Assembly (NCBI GenBank): GCA_965153355.1
Contig: OZ231126.1
Location: forward strand, 37,510,001-37,574,000
DNA from: Flaccisagitta enflata
Taxonomy: Eukaryota
Reading direction: 5' to 3'
DNA length: 64,000 bases
Of the stretch, positions 34,423-49,495 are shown piece after piece; position 1 is the stretch's first letter, and every line of letters begins with the position of its first letter. The notes under the pieces are model-generated. The model was not told the origin of the DNA. It saw only the letters and a program-made list of their open reading frames with translations, and searched no databases. The translations under genes were made by a program, and so were the position numbers.

Positions 34423-37400
34423 TGATTATTCAGAGTTCATGTAGCTTACAAGTGGGCTAAGCCTAAGGTAGTACAGAAATAAAAAAAAATCAAGGCCGGA
34501 TTCATGGCTTCCCATGCACTTAGATCGGAAAGTGTACCATAACAGGACAAAAATATAAGCCGGTGCCTAGAGATGACAGCTATGGTAGAAAAATGTTCTT
34601 AATTATGTGTAGATCACATCTATATAGGGTTTTGCCTGCGTCACGATTCATCTAGGGACATTTTTTCGCGCTTGAACTCAGTAGGTTCAACATTTTGGAG
34701 GCTCTGAATGGACAAGATTTTTTTCATCTGAGATTGGAATTTTGGGAGTTTTTTTTAATAAGTCCTACAAATTTAGGAGCAGGCTTACCAAATTTTACAC
34801 ATGGCATATTCAATCAATCCTGAACCTTTGCTAAAGATTTGGCATCCTCCCTCATATCATAAGTACCATTTTTCATGTCTAGAATAGTATCATATGAAAT
34901 GGAAAAAACAATTTTTGCCGCATTTTAATTTGCGAGAAGTAGTTAACTTTAAGGGGCAAAAAGAGGCTTTGGATTTGCAAGCACGCAGGTAAAACCATAT
35001 GTTTTCTTGCTCAAGGTAGGCAACTGTACCAGTTTCAGCCGTTTATTTAGGTCAAAAGTGCCAGCTTAATTTTTTTTGTCTTGAGGTGACGCCCTCTGGG
35101 AACATAGTGCCATGTTGCCAGCAGGTGAGCAAGGGTAGGGATGAAAACGATAATCCAAGCACTTAGTCAGAAGCAGTTATGCAAAAAAAACAAAACAAAA
35201 AAACAAAAAAAATATCCCGTTAACACCAAAACAAGGCCGGATACAAGGCATGAGGGTTAGTCTGACCAACCAACGGACCAAAGGAGTGGCATACATAGCT
35301 ATGGATGTAGGGGACGCCATGTCCACCACGTCCAGGGACGTGGTAAAAGTCGGCCCTGAAAACCAAGTGTGTATTGAATTAACAAGGCCAAGTTATGGCC
35401 AATAAGTGCGCCTCGCTTGATTAAGAATTTGTGAATGAACGTTTTGAATGAATGAATGAATGAATGAATGAATGAATGAATGAATGAATGAATGAATAAA
35501 AGAATGAAAATGAGCATGATAAGGCATGAGAAGTGATAGTAATGAAGAAAGACGACAGAATTGGCCGTTTTAAGCGTTTTAAACGTTTGCATAAGCAACC
35601 GACCAACCGACAGACCGACCAACCAACTGACGGACATGACCTCTTATAGAAGTGCGAGGACGCACTTAAAAAGAGAAAAATTTGGCAGTTTGCTTGAAAT
35701 ATAACAAAAAAGCCTTTAGATGGAAGATTTTCATTCATGAATGATGTAAAAATAAAAGAGATTAGTTTTTTTACAGTTTTCAGTTTTTAGACAAGCCGGT
35801 CTTAATCCTAACTCAGTCTTGAAATACTAAGTGGACATGGCAAATTTCGGAGCTCCCCTACATCCATGTAACATAACTAAACAGGTAACAGAGTCGCGTA
35901 CATGTGACTGAAAAAAAAAAGTTGCGGACGGTTGGGCAGGGGCATCCAACCCCCATCCACACCATATGTCCCCATCAACACACCTGCCCAAAAAATCTAG
36001 AACGCTCGTTTTTCCACTTTTCAACTCGTGCATTACGGACAGACAGATGGACCGACAGATGGACCAACAGACGGATGGATGGACGGAGTTAAGTGTTCGC
36101 AACTAAAAATGTTAGTGTAACTAAAGCATTACTAAATTAGGCAAATTTTCATTGCTGGCGGGTCATTTATTGTGGTAGATCACTGTAATTAGATAGAGAG
36201 TAGAGGCCATGTCGAAGCAGACGACGAACGTAGCCTTAGATGTGTAAATGACTTTTTTAAGGTACCATCATTTTTTACCGAGTGAATTCGAGAGTTCTTG
36301 TTGCCTTTTTCTCCATTTTATGGATCTAAAAAATATCTACCAGAAAATTCTTTGGTCAGATTCTAGATTTTGATTACAAGTGGCTCGCGATGGTTGTGAG
36401 TCATAGTGCTATGAAAAAAGCAGAGAAGTGTCAATTGACCATTTAGTGCATCAGGTTTCTTGAACAACAAAATGCTCGGTTGATGGAAGTTATGATGATT
36501 GCTGATGAATATTTTTTTCTTTCCTGGTTGACCTGTTCGACCTCATTTTTTCCAACTTCTATGGCCGGAAGAATTGATTTTACCATAGATTCTTTCTAGT
36601 TAAACATGATTCTATGTGAATCAGGGGAGGAACCCATTCTTCCGGCAGTTTAGGTACCCTGCGTACCCCCCCTGATGTCGAAGGCAATATATTCAAATAC
36701 ACAAACGCTTATCGCGTTGGTTTTGATTTTTTAGTTGCAGTTGTCTGCTTCGCGATTCTTTATCATTGGTTTGTCCGTCCGTCAGTTTGTCCGTTTGTTG
36801 GTACGTTTTTCGGCGATGATGAGCTTCTTTTCTTTTTGGGGGGGGGGGGAGGGATTTTACTTTTGTTCAATCCATAAACCGTCCCTTTGTACATGTTTGT
36901 TTTGTTACGCTTGTACAATAAATGTCTATTCATTCATTCATTCACCGATGAGCTTCTTGGTCACACCTCCTGAACTTAATGCTCCAGAGGCCTCATGTAA
37001 TTTGTACCACTGCCCCTGCCCACCCACTGAGGTAGCCTAACAAGCCATGTATCCGGCCTTGTTCATCACAGTGGCGCCCGAAAAAATAACTAAAGCAGAA
37101 ACAGAGAGGAAAAAAGTGTCAAAACTAATGTCATATTTAAAGTTTATTTCGTAAGGTCTCCCTCTTCCTATCGTAGGTCACTTCAAATTCAGTCAAATAC
37201 CACAGAAATAAATTTGGAGAGTTGTACGAACGACAAATGCAAATTCTCTTAGCATACACCTTAGAAATATCATTGACAATGAAAGAGATACTAGGTTCAT
37301 GAGACGCAACGACAAAGCGCGTCGATAACAAAAAGTTCAAAAGGAAGCGTGATAGAAATAAAAGCGAAGAAAACAAAGAACCATAAAAAGGAAAATACAA

Positions 37401-37884
37401 AAACAATTTAGGTAGCACCATAGTCCTTTAATTTGACCTCAAGGACCGTCATATATAGACGATTTGATATGTGTGATGTACAGACAGACGAACAGACGGA
37501 CGAAGTGACTTGAAGAGTTGCGAAGGAAAAATTACAGAAGAAAAATTGGTTCCCGGCATGTTTCTTTGACAGGTCGATGGAGCGTGTATCAACAGCAATA
37601 AATCAAGGTTCGTTTAAAAATCTTCAAAGCAATTTTGTCAAGGCCGTAAATATATAATCCAGCGTACTATACACGGCACTCTAAATCGCGTTTAGCAGCG
37701 ATGCTGAAGCCGATATGGTCAATGAGCGGAATGACGGAATTTGAATCTTGAAACGAAATCCAATCGTTGGCACCATACAAATCACGCTTCTCCACTTTAT
37801 TGTTTTGTTTCGATAACTTTATGGGCGATCTTGATTGTTCTCTCTTTCTATATTTTCTATCTTTTCTTTATCTTTTTATTTTTT

Positions 37885-37993
<109 letters not shown>

Positions 37994-38232
37994 TTTTTTC
38001 CCATCGAAGCGGCAAAAATAAATTCCCAGCGTGATTTTTGTAAGCGTAAGGAGGGGCATAAACTCCAAAATAAAAGTAAAATCCGTTTGAATTTACGTCT
38101 AAAATCAATGTTTTATGCTTAAAGTGCGTGTAGTTGCAATAAGTGTATTACTATATTTTCCTCTTTGCTCTCTTTCGACTTGGTCTTATCCCCGGTAAAA
38201 TTCAATTTGCATGTGGTTATCAATCGAGAAAC

Positions 38233-38361
<129 letters not shown>

Positions 38362-38561
38362 GAGATTCGCTGGACGACGAGCTCCCCTTCAAAAAAATCT
38401 GCGGCAGCGCGAGTTGAAAAAAGCGGCGCCGTTGGCCGCAGCCGACGCCGCCCGGATCATCACTGCGGGCGCGCTGCTGCTCCGTCTTTATCGTCGTCAT
38501 CGTCGTCGCAGTCTTCGGGTCCGTCGTCTTCATCGACGTCGTCGACGTCTTCCTAATATAC

Positions 38562-38917
38562 ATTACGTCTGTCAGAGTGCCCAGAAAAGCCAAAATTGTA
38601 CTTCGCCTGGCAAAAATATTTTTCCTTTGCAAAAATGCTTTCAAATGAGCCATTGTACGACTTTCAAATCAATCGGGATCCATCTTTAGGGTAAGGTAGA
38701 AGATCACATTGATTCGTCATTGGAATCTATTTTTCTATTATGCAAATTTTGTCTCTCTCATACAGATCTATGGAAACTTCAAAGTCATCCTAAAGATGGT
38801 TCCTGATTGATTTGAAAATTACGCATTGGCTCTTTTGAAAGCATTTTTGCAAAGGAAAAATATTTTTGCCAGGCGAAGTACAATTTTGGCTTTTCTGGGC
38901 ACTCTGACAGACGTAAT
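38562..38917. mobile_element. MITE with ~120-bp TIRs
   Basis: attacgtctgtcagagtgcccagaaaagcc... is reverse-complemented at 38800-38917. Flanked by atac on both sides. Confidence 0.9.
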
Positions 38918-40101
38918 ATACATATATTTTTTTTCTTCATTTGGTTCTTTTTTTTAACTTGTTTTAAGTTTTCCTTTACTTGAGTTTTCCGTTCTCTCTC
39001 TTCTCCCCCTTCGTTCTCCCTCGAGTAGTTTCTCCCAATTTTCTTTACATTGAGAGTAGAAAAATAACAAGAAGCAACAAAGTTGTGGCGTCGGCGCCAC
39101 GATGCGACTTCGGCCGACTTCGGCCGACGTCGACGTTGATATCGATGAGGCATATGATGAATAGCGCCTCAAGGCTTTGAAAAGAGAGCTTGCAACAAGT
39201 CGTGACCGACGACCCATTTCAGGCCATTTGTTTTTCTCATCATGGTCACGTAAAATCGTGCCTATAGGAAGTAGTGAGACCTGTAATTACAATCGCCTAG
39301 ACTAATGTTTGTCTTTCATTAAATTTGCAATGTAGTATGTAATGCAATGTAGTATATTGCACGTAGCATACTTCACGTTGAATGTATCCAACAATCTGCG
39401 ACTCCATCCCATGCGCCGACGCTATGTTTTATCAGGACGGCGACATCCTCAAACGCTCCTCCAATCTTTCGTCCATCCACTCTCAATTTCTTAACAACTT
39501 CTCCGCCGTCTGTCTTACAAGAACGCGTTGATGTTGGTGAAAGGAAGAAGGAGGAAAAAAGAGGAGGCAAAATGATTGAAGAAACCGCAGAAGAGGGAAA
39601 AACGGACGCATTCGAGAGAGAGGGAAGCGTAGAGAGGGTTAGACAAAAAGGTGTTTCGAAAAGAAAAGTGGTGGAAAAAAAACTGATATAAAATTTGGGA
39701 TAAAAAAGCGAGAAAATAAAACACTCAGATATATGAATCGTACATGCGGAGGTGAGGAGGGAATTACAGGAAGCGAACAAGGACGGGAGTCACTGGGACA
39801 ATCCGATATTGTATATAAGAATACGAGGTAGTGGTAGTGGTTTTTTTTTAAACGTGGATATCACGTATTCGTTTTTCGTTTTCCTGGTATTGGCGTATTA
39901 CCAAAATAGGCTTTACTTGGGCTGCGGGGTCCAAAGTACAAATCAGGTAAATTTCATTTGAGGGGATTTTTTTACCTGGACGTAGAAGAAAATCCACGCG
40001 TCCCCGGGCCGGGTGCTGTGATCGAAGCTCGTGAGCTCGGATTTTATTTGGGCCTTTTAAGCAGATGCAGAATATGTGTCTGGAGGCAGTTCAGCTCGGA
40101 T

Positions 40102-40709
40102 ACTAACACCCCTTCCATAATTAAGCGAACTGGAAAAAAGGATCTAAATGGATAGTAAAAATGCATACAGAGTGATGAAATTTGACACAGAGATAGCTAA
40201 GACATAGTATTTTGACGTAGTAAAGTGATTTAGGGACTTTCCTGCATGTTAAGGGAGATGGAGGGTCTTTTATCGGAAGTGCGGTGTCAAATTATTGCCA
40301 ATTTCTACGGGAAAAATGTTTTGAAGGGAGAGATGTATACCTTCCAGCATTTTGAGAAGATGGGATGCGAAATCTCCGCCATGTATCATGTAATGAGTTC
40401 AGTTGATGCAGAAGAGACAGTGGCATAGGAGGAGGGACAGGGGAAGCCGCATAAACTGACAAAAGCCCAGTTAAAGAAGGTGATTGAGATCATGGCCAGA
40501 GAGGGCCTTAATGTGACTTTTCACTAGTTTGCATAATTCAGCTCATGAGGAGAAAGCAGTTTATATTTTTGAGTCATCTTTTGCATTATGTTGATTAAAT
40601 TTATCAATGTTGATGTTTTACATTGTTTGAATTGATAATACACGTATTTATCAACCTTTGAACAGCGCCTTTTCATCCCAGTTCGCCTAATTATGGAAGG
40701 GGTGTTAGT
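40102..40709 (+). mobile_element. Tc1/mariner-superfamily deletion derivative retaining a decayed transposase N-terminus
   Basis: ~30-bp TIRs (actaacaccccttccataatta[a/g]gcgaactgg). Internal frame ...FYGKNVLKGEMYTFQHFEKMG...MYHV...*EEGQGKPHKLT resembles a paired HTH plus a GRPR-like motif. Confidence 0.75.
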
Positions 40710-40750
40710 TGTTTTGATTTCCTACTCTTTCGATTTCCCATAGGCACGAA

Positions 40751-41054
40751 GGGGATAATTCAGTGGATGAGTGGCCCTCTGCTCTGGGTCACGAGTTCGA
40801 GTCCCACAATGGACGAGTCTTTTCAAAGAAGGTTGGAATACTCAACCTTGCGATGGGTCTCAAGGAGAGGCTTCCTGGTGGATTCCAGTGACTAGCCAGC
40901 TAGCGGGGCAGGGTGATAGGGTGGCAGGTCGGGTTAGGGCTTCAATAAGAGGATCCGAACGGGGAGCCCTGCGTGGTGAATCTGCATAACTGCCAAACGC
41001 CCCCTACTGTGCGCCTAGCGTATAGGAAACTTCCACTTCACAGAGTGGCAACAA

Positions 41055-41099
<45 letters not shown>

Positions 41100-41100
41100 C
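40751..41100 (+). mobile_element. tRNA-derived SINE
   Basis: A-box-like taattcagtgg, B-box gttcgagtccc (40795-40805), a ~250-bp body and an (AAC)n tail. Confidence 0.75.
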
Positions 41101-43190
41101 GAGGATAGACAAATCTTAATTACTGACCGACCAACCAACCTGTTCAGTACTGAAGAACAGGCGTTGGTAATTCGCGCACATTTTCAATTTTCTTCTCAAT
41201 TCATGATCAAACAATTGAATTCCCAAATCGGCATCGCGGGATCTAGGAAAGATGAGATGCCTCAGAGGACATCGCCCGTTCTTTGGTCGAAAGGTGCAGT
41301 TGATTGTATGTTAATGACTCGGGGACACCTTGACACGACTGTCTGGACCCAACAATGGTTTTGGTACAACAATAGCCAGAGCAAATGAATGACTTCATGC
41401 CAGAGTTAACGTGTTTGAAGGATGGACATGACAGTTGAAATGGTTCTTTCGTGCAAATTTTGAAAAGAGAGACTGGAGGAACCGACAGTTGGACTATTTG
41501 CAAAAAACCTAAAACACGGCGCGGCGAAGTCGAAGAATTCTGAGCAGGGGCAGAATATATCCATGAAATAAACAGTGTATAAGTAACCGCAACATAACCC
41601 AAAATAGTGTTAAAACCAACCCTAAGGTAGTAGAAATTTCATGTGCTTTTGTACATCATTTCTTATAGCAACCGAAAAAGCAGGTGCATGGTATCGTATC
41701 AGTCAAGATTGTCATAATGGCCTTTTGGGCTGGGGCAGTGATCGGGTGAGCACTGAGCAGGCGCGTATAAACCCCCATCCATACCCTCCCCATGCCACGC
41801 GCACTCCCAACTACAGAATCGTGAATGCGCGTCTTCATGCTTTCAAACTCGAGCATGACCCACGGACAGGCGGACGGACGGACCAACAGACCGCCTGACG
41901 GTCAAAACCTCCTGTAGAACTACGTGTCCACAACTAGTCAAGCAGGCGGACCTGCAAAGATTCCTGTACATAACTGCATTTGCCTGATCACCCTTTGCTT
42001 CCGGCAAGCAGTTTATCCCCCTTTTATAAATGCTCATTTGCATAATGCAGTTCCACCATCCAAACCAGAAATTGATTAGAAATACTCAGAATTTTTGTCG
42101 ACTTTCACAAGATAATATGAATCACAGTTCTCTTCCATTTTCTTGTGATAATTGGATGAAATAAATCCTCTAAATCTTGTGATGATGCAGTTAGCCATTT
42201 AACTCATCAACTAAAAAAACATATTTCCTCTTTCCAAATATATTAAAAGCTAAGGCAGAAAGTTGCATTCGTGCCATACATCGTTAATTCTGTACATAGT
42301 TTATGCTTATTTTGGAAGGTTCACAATCATGAACCCTGAAATCCTGTCTACCCCCCGCGGTACGGACGAAATCATAGGGAAGTTCAATCAAACACCCTGT
42401 TTGCGTTAATTTGCTGCTTGCTTAAAGATTCTGAAAGTGGATTTGTCCTCAGGTGTCGGTAGTTATTGAAAGTCGTGAATTACGCCTGGGATAGTGATTT
42501 CTGAGCATTATCGGCCCTGTCCACCCAGGATACTGCCCCTGCCCACTCGAATGACGTACTCTGCCCCTTTGCAAACGCTTTCTTAATTGTCTGAAAGTGG
42601 TTATCAAAATTGGGGAGCAGCAAACATAGCTCACAAGATTTACAGCGTATTCATCTTTAAGGCATCACACCGTCACCGTCACCGGATCAGCAGTGAAAGT
42701 ATGACAGGTGGAACAATATCCCTCACTATACCCACACTAAGAAATATGGAAGAGGGCCTTGTGAGCCCTCACTGACTAGTTACTACGCGCATCACTCCTA
42801 GTTTTCCATCTAGCAAAACTAACTTAGCAGTATGATTTGCTTGAGGTTTTAGAATGATTTGATTGATCTCAAATTCAGAACGCTGGATTTTAGGATATTT
42901 AACAAACAGGTCTAATTCTTATTTCCTCTTTTGCCATTATCACTCGATTATTCAACGACTTTGAAAGAAGATGATGAGTCAGAAGTTAATTGATTAACTA
43001 ACGTTGATCCAGTTGACTTGAACGAGTAACAGGAATGGACTAGACAAGGAGACACGCTCAAGCTTCCCGCGGTTTTGAAAATGATGGTTTTGCTTTTAGA
43101 TCCAAAGAAAACATTCGGGGCTCTTTAGTGTTAGTTTAATGAATGCTACGAGCAAGTGTATTGATTGATGGGTGAAGTTATTAGGAATGA

Positions 43191-43274
<84 letters not shown>

Positions 43275-43828
43275 CAGACAGAATCAGACAGAATCAGACA
43301 GAATCAGACACACAGACAGACACAGACAGAAAAAGAATTCTATACAGAAGATGAAACACAGACAGACAAAGATAGAAAAAGAAAGACAAAGAAAGACAAA
43401 GACAGACAAAGAGATGGTCGTGATAGACAAAGACAGATATAACGAAATAAAGATAGAGATAGCAAGTTCAACCTCGTTAGGGGAAACTAAGCGACATCAT
43501 TGATTTCAATTAGAAACCGAAAGAGACAAGAAGGATATAAATCATCATCGGCCCAAGGTTGAAAATTTAGAACTTAACGCGAAATTCTTTTTTTTTTAGT
43601 GAATTTTTTTTTCTCAGGCGGCATTTCTCTTTTAACCCCTTGAAAAAAGGTTTCACCCCGTTTTCAATGTACCCTTTCCAAAGTACACTCGACTCATTGC
43701 GAAATACCAAAAGAACCTCCCCACTCTCTTTCCCTTCTCATTGTGAATTGCTTTAGCAATTCACTTTAGCATCAGCCCATGACTCTGCTTCTTTTTTTTC
43801 TTTTTTTTTTTTTTGCCTTCCGGGCTTT

Positions 43829-44270
43829 GTGTCTCTGCCGTCTTTCTCTTATATAGGGTTTTGTATCTCTGCCGTCTTTCCCTCATGTAGGGTTCTGTAT
43901 CACTGCCGTCTTTCCCTCATATAGGGTTTTGTGTCTCTGCCGTCTTTCCCACATATAGGGTTTTGGCTCTCTGCTGTCTTTCCCTTATATAGGATTTTTC
44001 TCTCTGCTGTCTTCCCCCATTATTGGGTTAGTCTCTTTTACACTGGGTTTTTACTCTCTACCGTCTTAACCCTACATTGGGTTTTGTCTTTCTGCTGTCT
44101 TTCCTCTACACTGGGTTTTGACTCTCTGCCTTCTTTCCCAAATACTGAGTTATGTTTTTCTGCTGTCTTTCCTCAATACTGGGTCTTGACTTTGTGCTGT
44201 CTTTCCCCTACAATAGGTCTTGTCTCTAAGTTGTCTTTCCTTTATATTGGGTTTTGTTTCTATACTTTCT
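43829..44270. repeat. ~34-bp minisatellite (gtgtctctgccgtctttccctcatatagggtttt), decaying rightwards
   Basis: About 13 units seen by inspection. Confidence 0.85.
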
Positions 44271-44573
44271 AATCTTTTTTTACTTCTTTTCATATTTTAA
44301 CATTTATTGAAAAAATTTATCATAATTAAACATGGTGTATTAAACACCTGCAATTCACATCTTTTGGCGACAGCCACTGTTTTTTTTTCTGTTCTCACTC
44401 TCTCTTTCTTTCTCTCTCTCTTAGTTTTTCCTTCTTCAAAAAAATTCATGTAATTCATGTTTTTACTCCCGAATCTCGTAATTAGACTAACGTCTACACG
44501 CATTCATCACGTATGGCGATATTTCAAAAAAATAACTTATGTCTTAAGCTTTTTTTACTTTATCTTTTTACTT

Positions 44574-44681
<108 letters not shown>

Positions 44682-45898
44682 TCTTTCTCGAGAGTGAGAA
44701 AAGAGAGATTTATTGTATAATCGAAATAAGGTACGGCCTTATTTCAGTGTCGCACGAGACATATTTATTCGGAGAGAGGTTGTCTGTAAACAAGCCCGGG
44801 TACACGGCACAAGCTTTGTGGACGGTTGGGCAGGGGCAATTATGCAAAAATCGCTCGCAATTCAAAAATGTGACGGAGGGATGGAGGGACGGATGGATGG
44901 ACCGATCGGAAGGGTACGGCAAAGTGCCCGAGCACGCGAGCATTGCTCGTAGGCGGCAAGGTATTTTCATAGGCAGGAGATAAAAATATATGAAGAATTT
45001 ATAATGGAAATATGAAAAAAAATGTTTTTAATCTCAACATCAAAATTTTGTTTTTCTTAGTTGGATTTGAGAGAGATTTCAAATAAATCTATAATTCTGA
45101 ACCTAGAATGTATCAAAAACGTTTAAAAATTATTCAATTCTATTGTAGGCAGAAAGCCACTAAAAAATCCTGCTTGTAGGCAGCCAAAAATTTTGCCGGA
45201 CCCTGCCGACCGGCATGGCAAGGTGTAGAGTCGCGTTTCCGCGACAAAAAAAACAAGACCAAGTAGACCAAGTAGATGCGCCGTATAGATCGTCAAACGT
45301 TTGCGTTACCGACCGACCGACCGACAGGCCAACCAACCGACGGACACAGCCAGTTAAAAGAGTTGCTCTGGCAAACCTAAAACCTTTTTTTGTCTCAGAA
45401 ATAATCTTCAATTCTTTTTACTTGGTTGATGTATTTATTTTCTTAGATGTGACGCAGCAAGAAAAAAGTTGGGCTTGATGTTTTTTTTCCTGGCCTGTTG
45501 AAGGGTGGTTGGTGCATGTAGGAGGGAAATGGCTGTTTAATAAGAAGTCAAAGGTAAAGGTTAAGTGTGGGGTGGTAGATTTGGGGGTTGAGTGGTGGCA
45601 GGTGCAGGATGGTTGGCAAAAGGTGGTGGAGCTTGATTTGAGGTTGAAATTGAAAAAAAGAAAAACAACATCGAAAAGGGTGAAGATAGCATCTCGATAC
45701 GAAAAGATTCAAATAAACCCAATTTTCTTCCCAAACTATCCTTCTAGGCACCTCCGTCGATCGGCAGCAGAGATTTATAGATCTTACTCTCGATTGCCAT
45801 TTGGTTACCAAATGAAAGGAATCGTGTAAAACAAATTCAAGCGGCAGTAGGAAAATAATGAACGAATGATGACAGAATCTTTTTTTGAAATGTCCACG

Positions 45899-46071
<173 letters not shown>

Positions 46072-47671
46072 AGCTGCCGCTTTTCTCAATGACTTTTTTT
46101 TATACATTGTTGCTGTTTTTAGTAGCCTATGTTGTCGTTGTGGCAGTTACAAGATTGATATTTATCATCCCAACTGGGCCATGTCGTGATTGTCGTCATT
46201 CATCACGCGGTCTCCAAACGCAATCAGCGGGCGGAGACTTGTGAAGTACTTGTTTACACAATGAATAACCGCATTGACCGAATTACCGTTAATCCTCGAC
46301 TGCATCGCATTCCGTCGCCGTTCGGAGTCAATCAATCTTTACAAGAACGCCTTCGTAAAAAGAATCTTTTTAGGGGCTTATACTTACTGCGTTAATTTAC
46401 TCAGTTGCTTCCTTGTTGGATGGTCAGTTGGTATTTCATGTTTTACATCTTTTTATGATTGTTTATTGTTCTTTTTATCAAGATGTCATGCTAGTTAGCA
46501 CTTTTTTTCTCGTCAACTGGGCACCTCCTCAAACAATATTGAACATTAGCGTCTTTTTTTAACGTGTGCCAAAGCACCTCTATACCTGTCCTCTCCGTTT
46601 GTCGGACCGTCACGAAAATTTTATGATCCACTCGGCGCGTGTATTGGTCTATTTGGCCCTGTTCTCCTATCAAGAGAATTGGGCCATTGCGGCCACCATG
46701 GTTGGCATACACCAGACCCGGAAAGTTGTGTTGGTTAGGCTAACCAACCCAGACCCTGCACATTCATATTCAGTCCAACGTAAACGCGACTCAGGTATGT
46801 TGATGTTGATGCTGTCGACCGCGTGTGTGTACTTTTTTTCTCGATGTATTAACGTTGTTATTTTTTCAGTCACTAGTTCCCCCGCCCACACTTTACTTGG
46901 CTCATAATTACTTAATGCAACAAGGAAAAAAAAAGAAACAAAAACGAGATAAAAAGTGAAATTGAGGAGAAATTCGCAGGAAAACAAAATGAACAAGGCA
47001 CGGATGCGGTTGGCCAGGAGAGCGTTGATTTTTTTGGCCAGATAGAAACTGGGATGAGACAATGGTGCAAAATCAATTGGTTATTGACTGAAAATAGGAT
47101 ATGCGTTGCAAACGCCCGACTGACTATAATGTGAAAAATATCATTGCTTAATAGTCGCATTAGCGTTAGATGGTCAGCGGTACCCGATGCTGCTACACCG
47201 CTTTTAGATTGGACTGTCGCGAAAAGAACCTATGTTACTCATAAAATACTCAAGACAACCACCTGATTCTTTTTTTCTGAGGTAGATAATTTGATTAAGT
47301 TTTGTTCCAAATAAACAAATAAAGCCCCAGTGTTAATAGATTGACTTTAAATTCATGACAAAAATCTATCTATATCAGCCAGAAATTATCCTTTTACATA
47401 GGGAAAATAAGGTTGAAATAGCTAGAGAGTAGAGTGCTTTTCCATTTCAACCAGACTGGATCTAGACTTGGATCTGGACTTGGAAAATTGTTCAAAAGTG
47501 AAAATAATGAGACCATTTTTTGCTTACATCATAATGTATGTCAAATTCAATACCAATCCCAACATTTTAGCTTAATTCGTTAAGAAATGACAACTTTAAG
47601 AAATAAAGTAAGCAATAAATCTTTGGGGAAAAATCTTTCCATCTAAAACATGCAATATTCATTCATTTCTT

Positions 47672-48373
47672 GGGCAGCGGCCCCAAAGAGGACGAAGTCC
47701 TGTAGAACACAGGGGGACTATTGTTCGTCCGTTTGTTCGTTCGTTCGTTCGTTCGTTCGTTCGTTCGTTCGTTAGTCCGTTCGTCCATCCCCCCTCAGGC
47801 CCCTAGGCCTCAAATCTGGCTTCTAAGGCCTCAAATCTTGCCTCTCAGGCCTCAAATCTTGCCTCTCAGGCCTCAAATCTTGCCTCTCAAGCCTCAAATT
47901 CAACCTCTCAGGCCTCAAATCGGGCCTCTCAAGCCTCAAATTAGGCCTCTCAGACCTCAAATCCAAATTCTAAGGGCCTCAAACCTGGCCTCTCAGGCCT
48001 CAAATTAGGCCTCTCAGGCCTCAAATCAGCAATCTGAGCCTCAATTTATTGCTCTCAGGCTTCACTTCAGCCCTCTGATTTCAAGCCTTGATCCAGCTCT
48101 CCCAAGCCTCAAGTCAGTTCTCTCAAGCTTCCAATTGGCATTCTAAGGCCTTATATCAACCTTCTTAGACCTCAGTTTAGGCTCTTGAAGGCCTTTGGTC
48201 AGCCCTCTATAGCATCTCATCCCCTTTCTCAGGCAGGACGAACGAAAGTCCCCCTGTGTTCTACAGGACTTCGTCCCCTTCAGGGCCGCTGCCCTGCTTC
48301 CCCCTCCCTCCAATTCACAATCACTTAAAGCAGGGCAACGGGTATCGCTGACCTCATATTGCCCTTGGGCGAC
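47672..48373 (+). mobile_element. HINE/pearl-like element: subterminal inverted repeats, (GTTC)n, 21-bp tandem array, 3' hairpin
   Basis: ~47-bp inverted repeat 47672-47718 / 48247-48294. Array caggcctcaaatcttgcctct. 3' gggcaa...ttgccc stem. Confidence 0.8.
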
Positions 48374-48687
48374 CTCTTAATAAGTAGGAGGCTTAAATCT
48401 TTGAATCAGTGGGACTTTCTTTGCTTGTAGCAAAACTTAATCAAATCATATGTCAGGGGAAAAAAGAAAAAACAAACTACTATGAATAGTTTTGGAGTAA
48501 TATAGGTTCTTTTGGTGACAGTCTGATCTAAAAGTAGTAAGCAAACCTGAGCTCTGTTGAAGCGCTCAAATCCTGTAGTTAGCTTTTGCTTAGAGCAGGA
48601 AAAAATCTGGAAAAAATCCATATATTAGAACCATAGGAATGTTGAAAAATGAATTCATAATCAAGGTCCCCTCGAGTTTCAGATATA

Positions 48688-49495
48688 CAGATTCAATGAT
48701 AATACAATGAGAGGGGCAGCAAAATCGCTAGCACCCCAACCCACAGCTTAGATGGGAAATGTCACAAAGACAACTAAGGTGGCAGCTGGAACCCTATCCC
48801 AAAACTGTTCCCGCTATCGAGGCGTTTTTCAAATTTCCTTCTCATTCTATAGAAAATGGTCATAAAAGGGCTGAATCCAATACTCCTGAAAATGGCCGAT
48901 TTTCACCCTAAAAGGAGCTGCATCTCTAAATTTAGGTTAAGATTACAGACGGGACCCTAATAAGAGCGGAGGAGGGACCCAAAGTTTTAGCATCACCCTT
49001 TAGAGCTTATATGGTTCAAGCATTCATCTCACTTGCTATGGCGGTTTAGACCTTAAGCAGATACAATTGGCGCCACCATGGCGATTTTTGAATTTCCACC
49101 TAGAACACCCTTAGATTTTGCAAAATCACCCTTCAGGGCCCCCCAAAAAATTGAACAATTTTTTCTTCAATTTTGATAATTTAGGGGTGTTCTAGGCGGA
49201 AATTCGAAAATCGCCACAGTGGCGCCAATTGTATCCACCTAAGGTATATTCCGCCACAGCAAGTTTGAAATTTGCTTGAGCTATATAAGCTGTAGGGGGT
49301 GATGCTAAAACTTTGGGTCCCTCCTCTTCTCTTATTAGGGTCCCGTCTGTACAAAATTGCCTCTATGGCGGGAATTGTATTAGGATAAGCTATCGGCCAC
49401 CACCTTTGATATCCTTGTGATATTGATCATCTGAGCTTCAGGTAGGGGTGCTAGCGATTTCGACTACCCCTCTCACTGTAATATCATTGCTTCTG
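48688..49495. mobile_element. Foldback MITE (TA-flanked) with a second MITE inserted near its centre
   Basis: ta|cagattcaatgataatacaatgagagggg ... cccctctcactgtaatatcattgcttctg|ta. Confidence 0.8.
48946..49349. mobile_element. Tc1/mariner-type foldback MITE (404 bp, TA TSD)
   Basis: ta|cagacgggaccctaataagag ... ctcttattagggtcccgtctg|ta; palindromic almost to its centre. Confidence 0.9.

Noticed and set aside
40751-40812. Functional tRNA gene
   Set aside because: No convincing cloverleaf or anticodon arm, and it continues into a body with an (AAC)n tail, so it is a SINE head.
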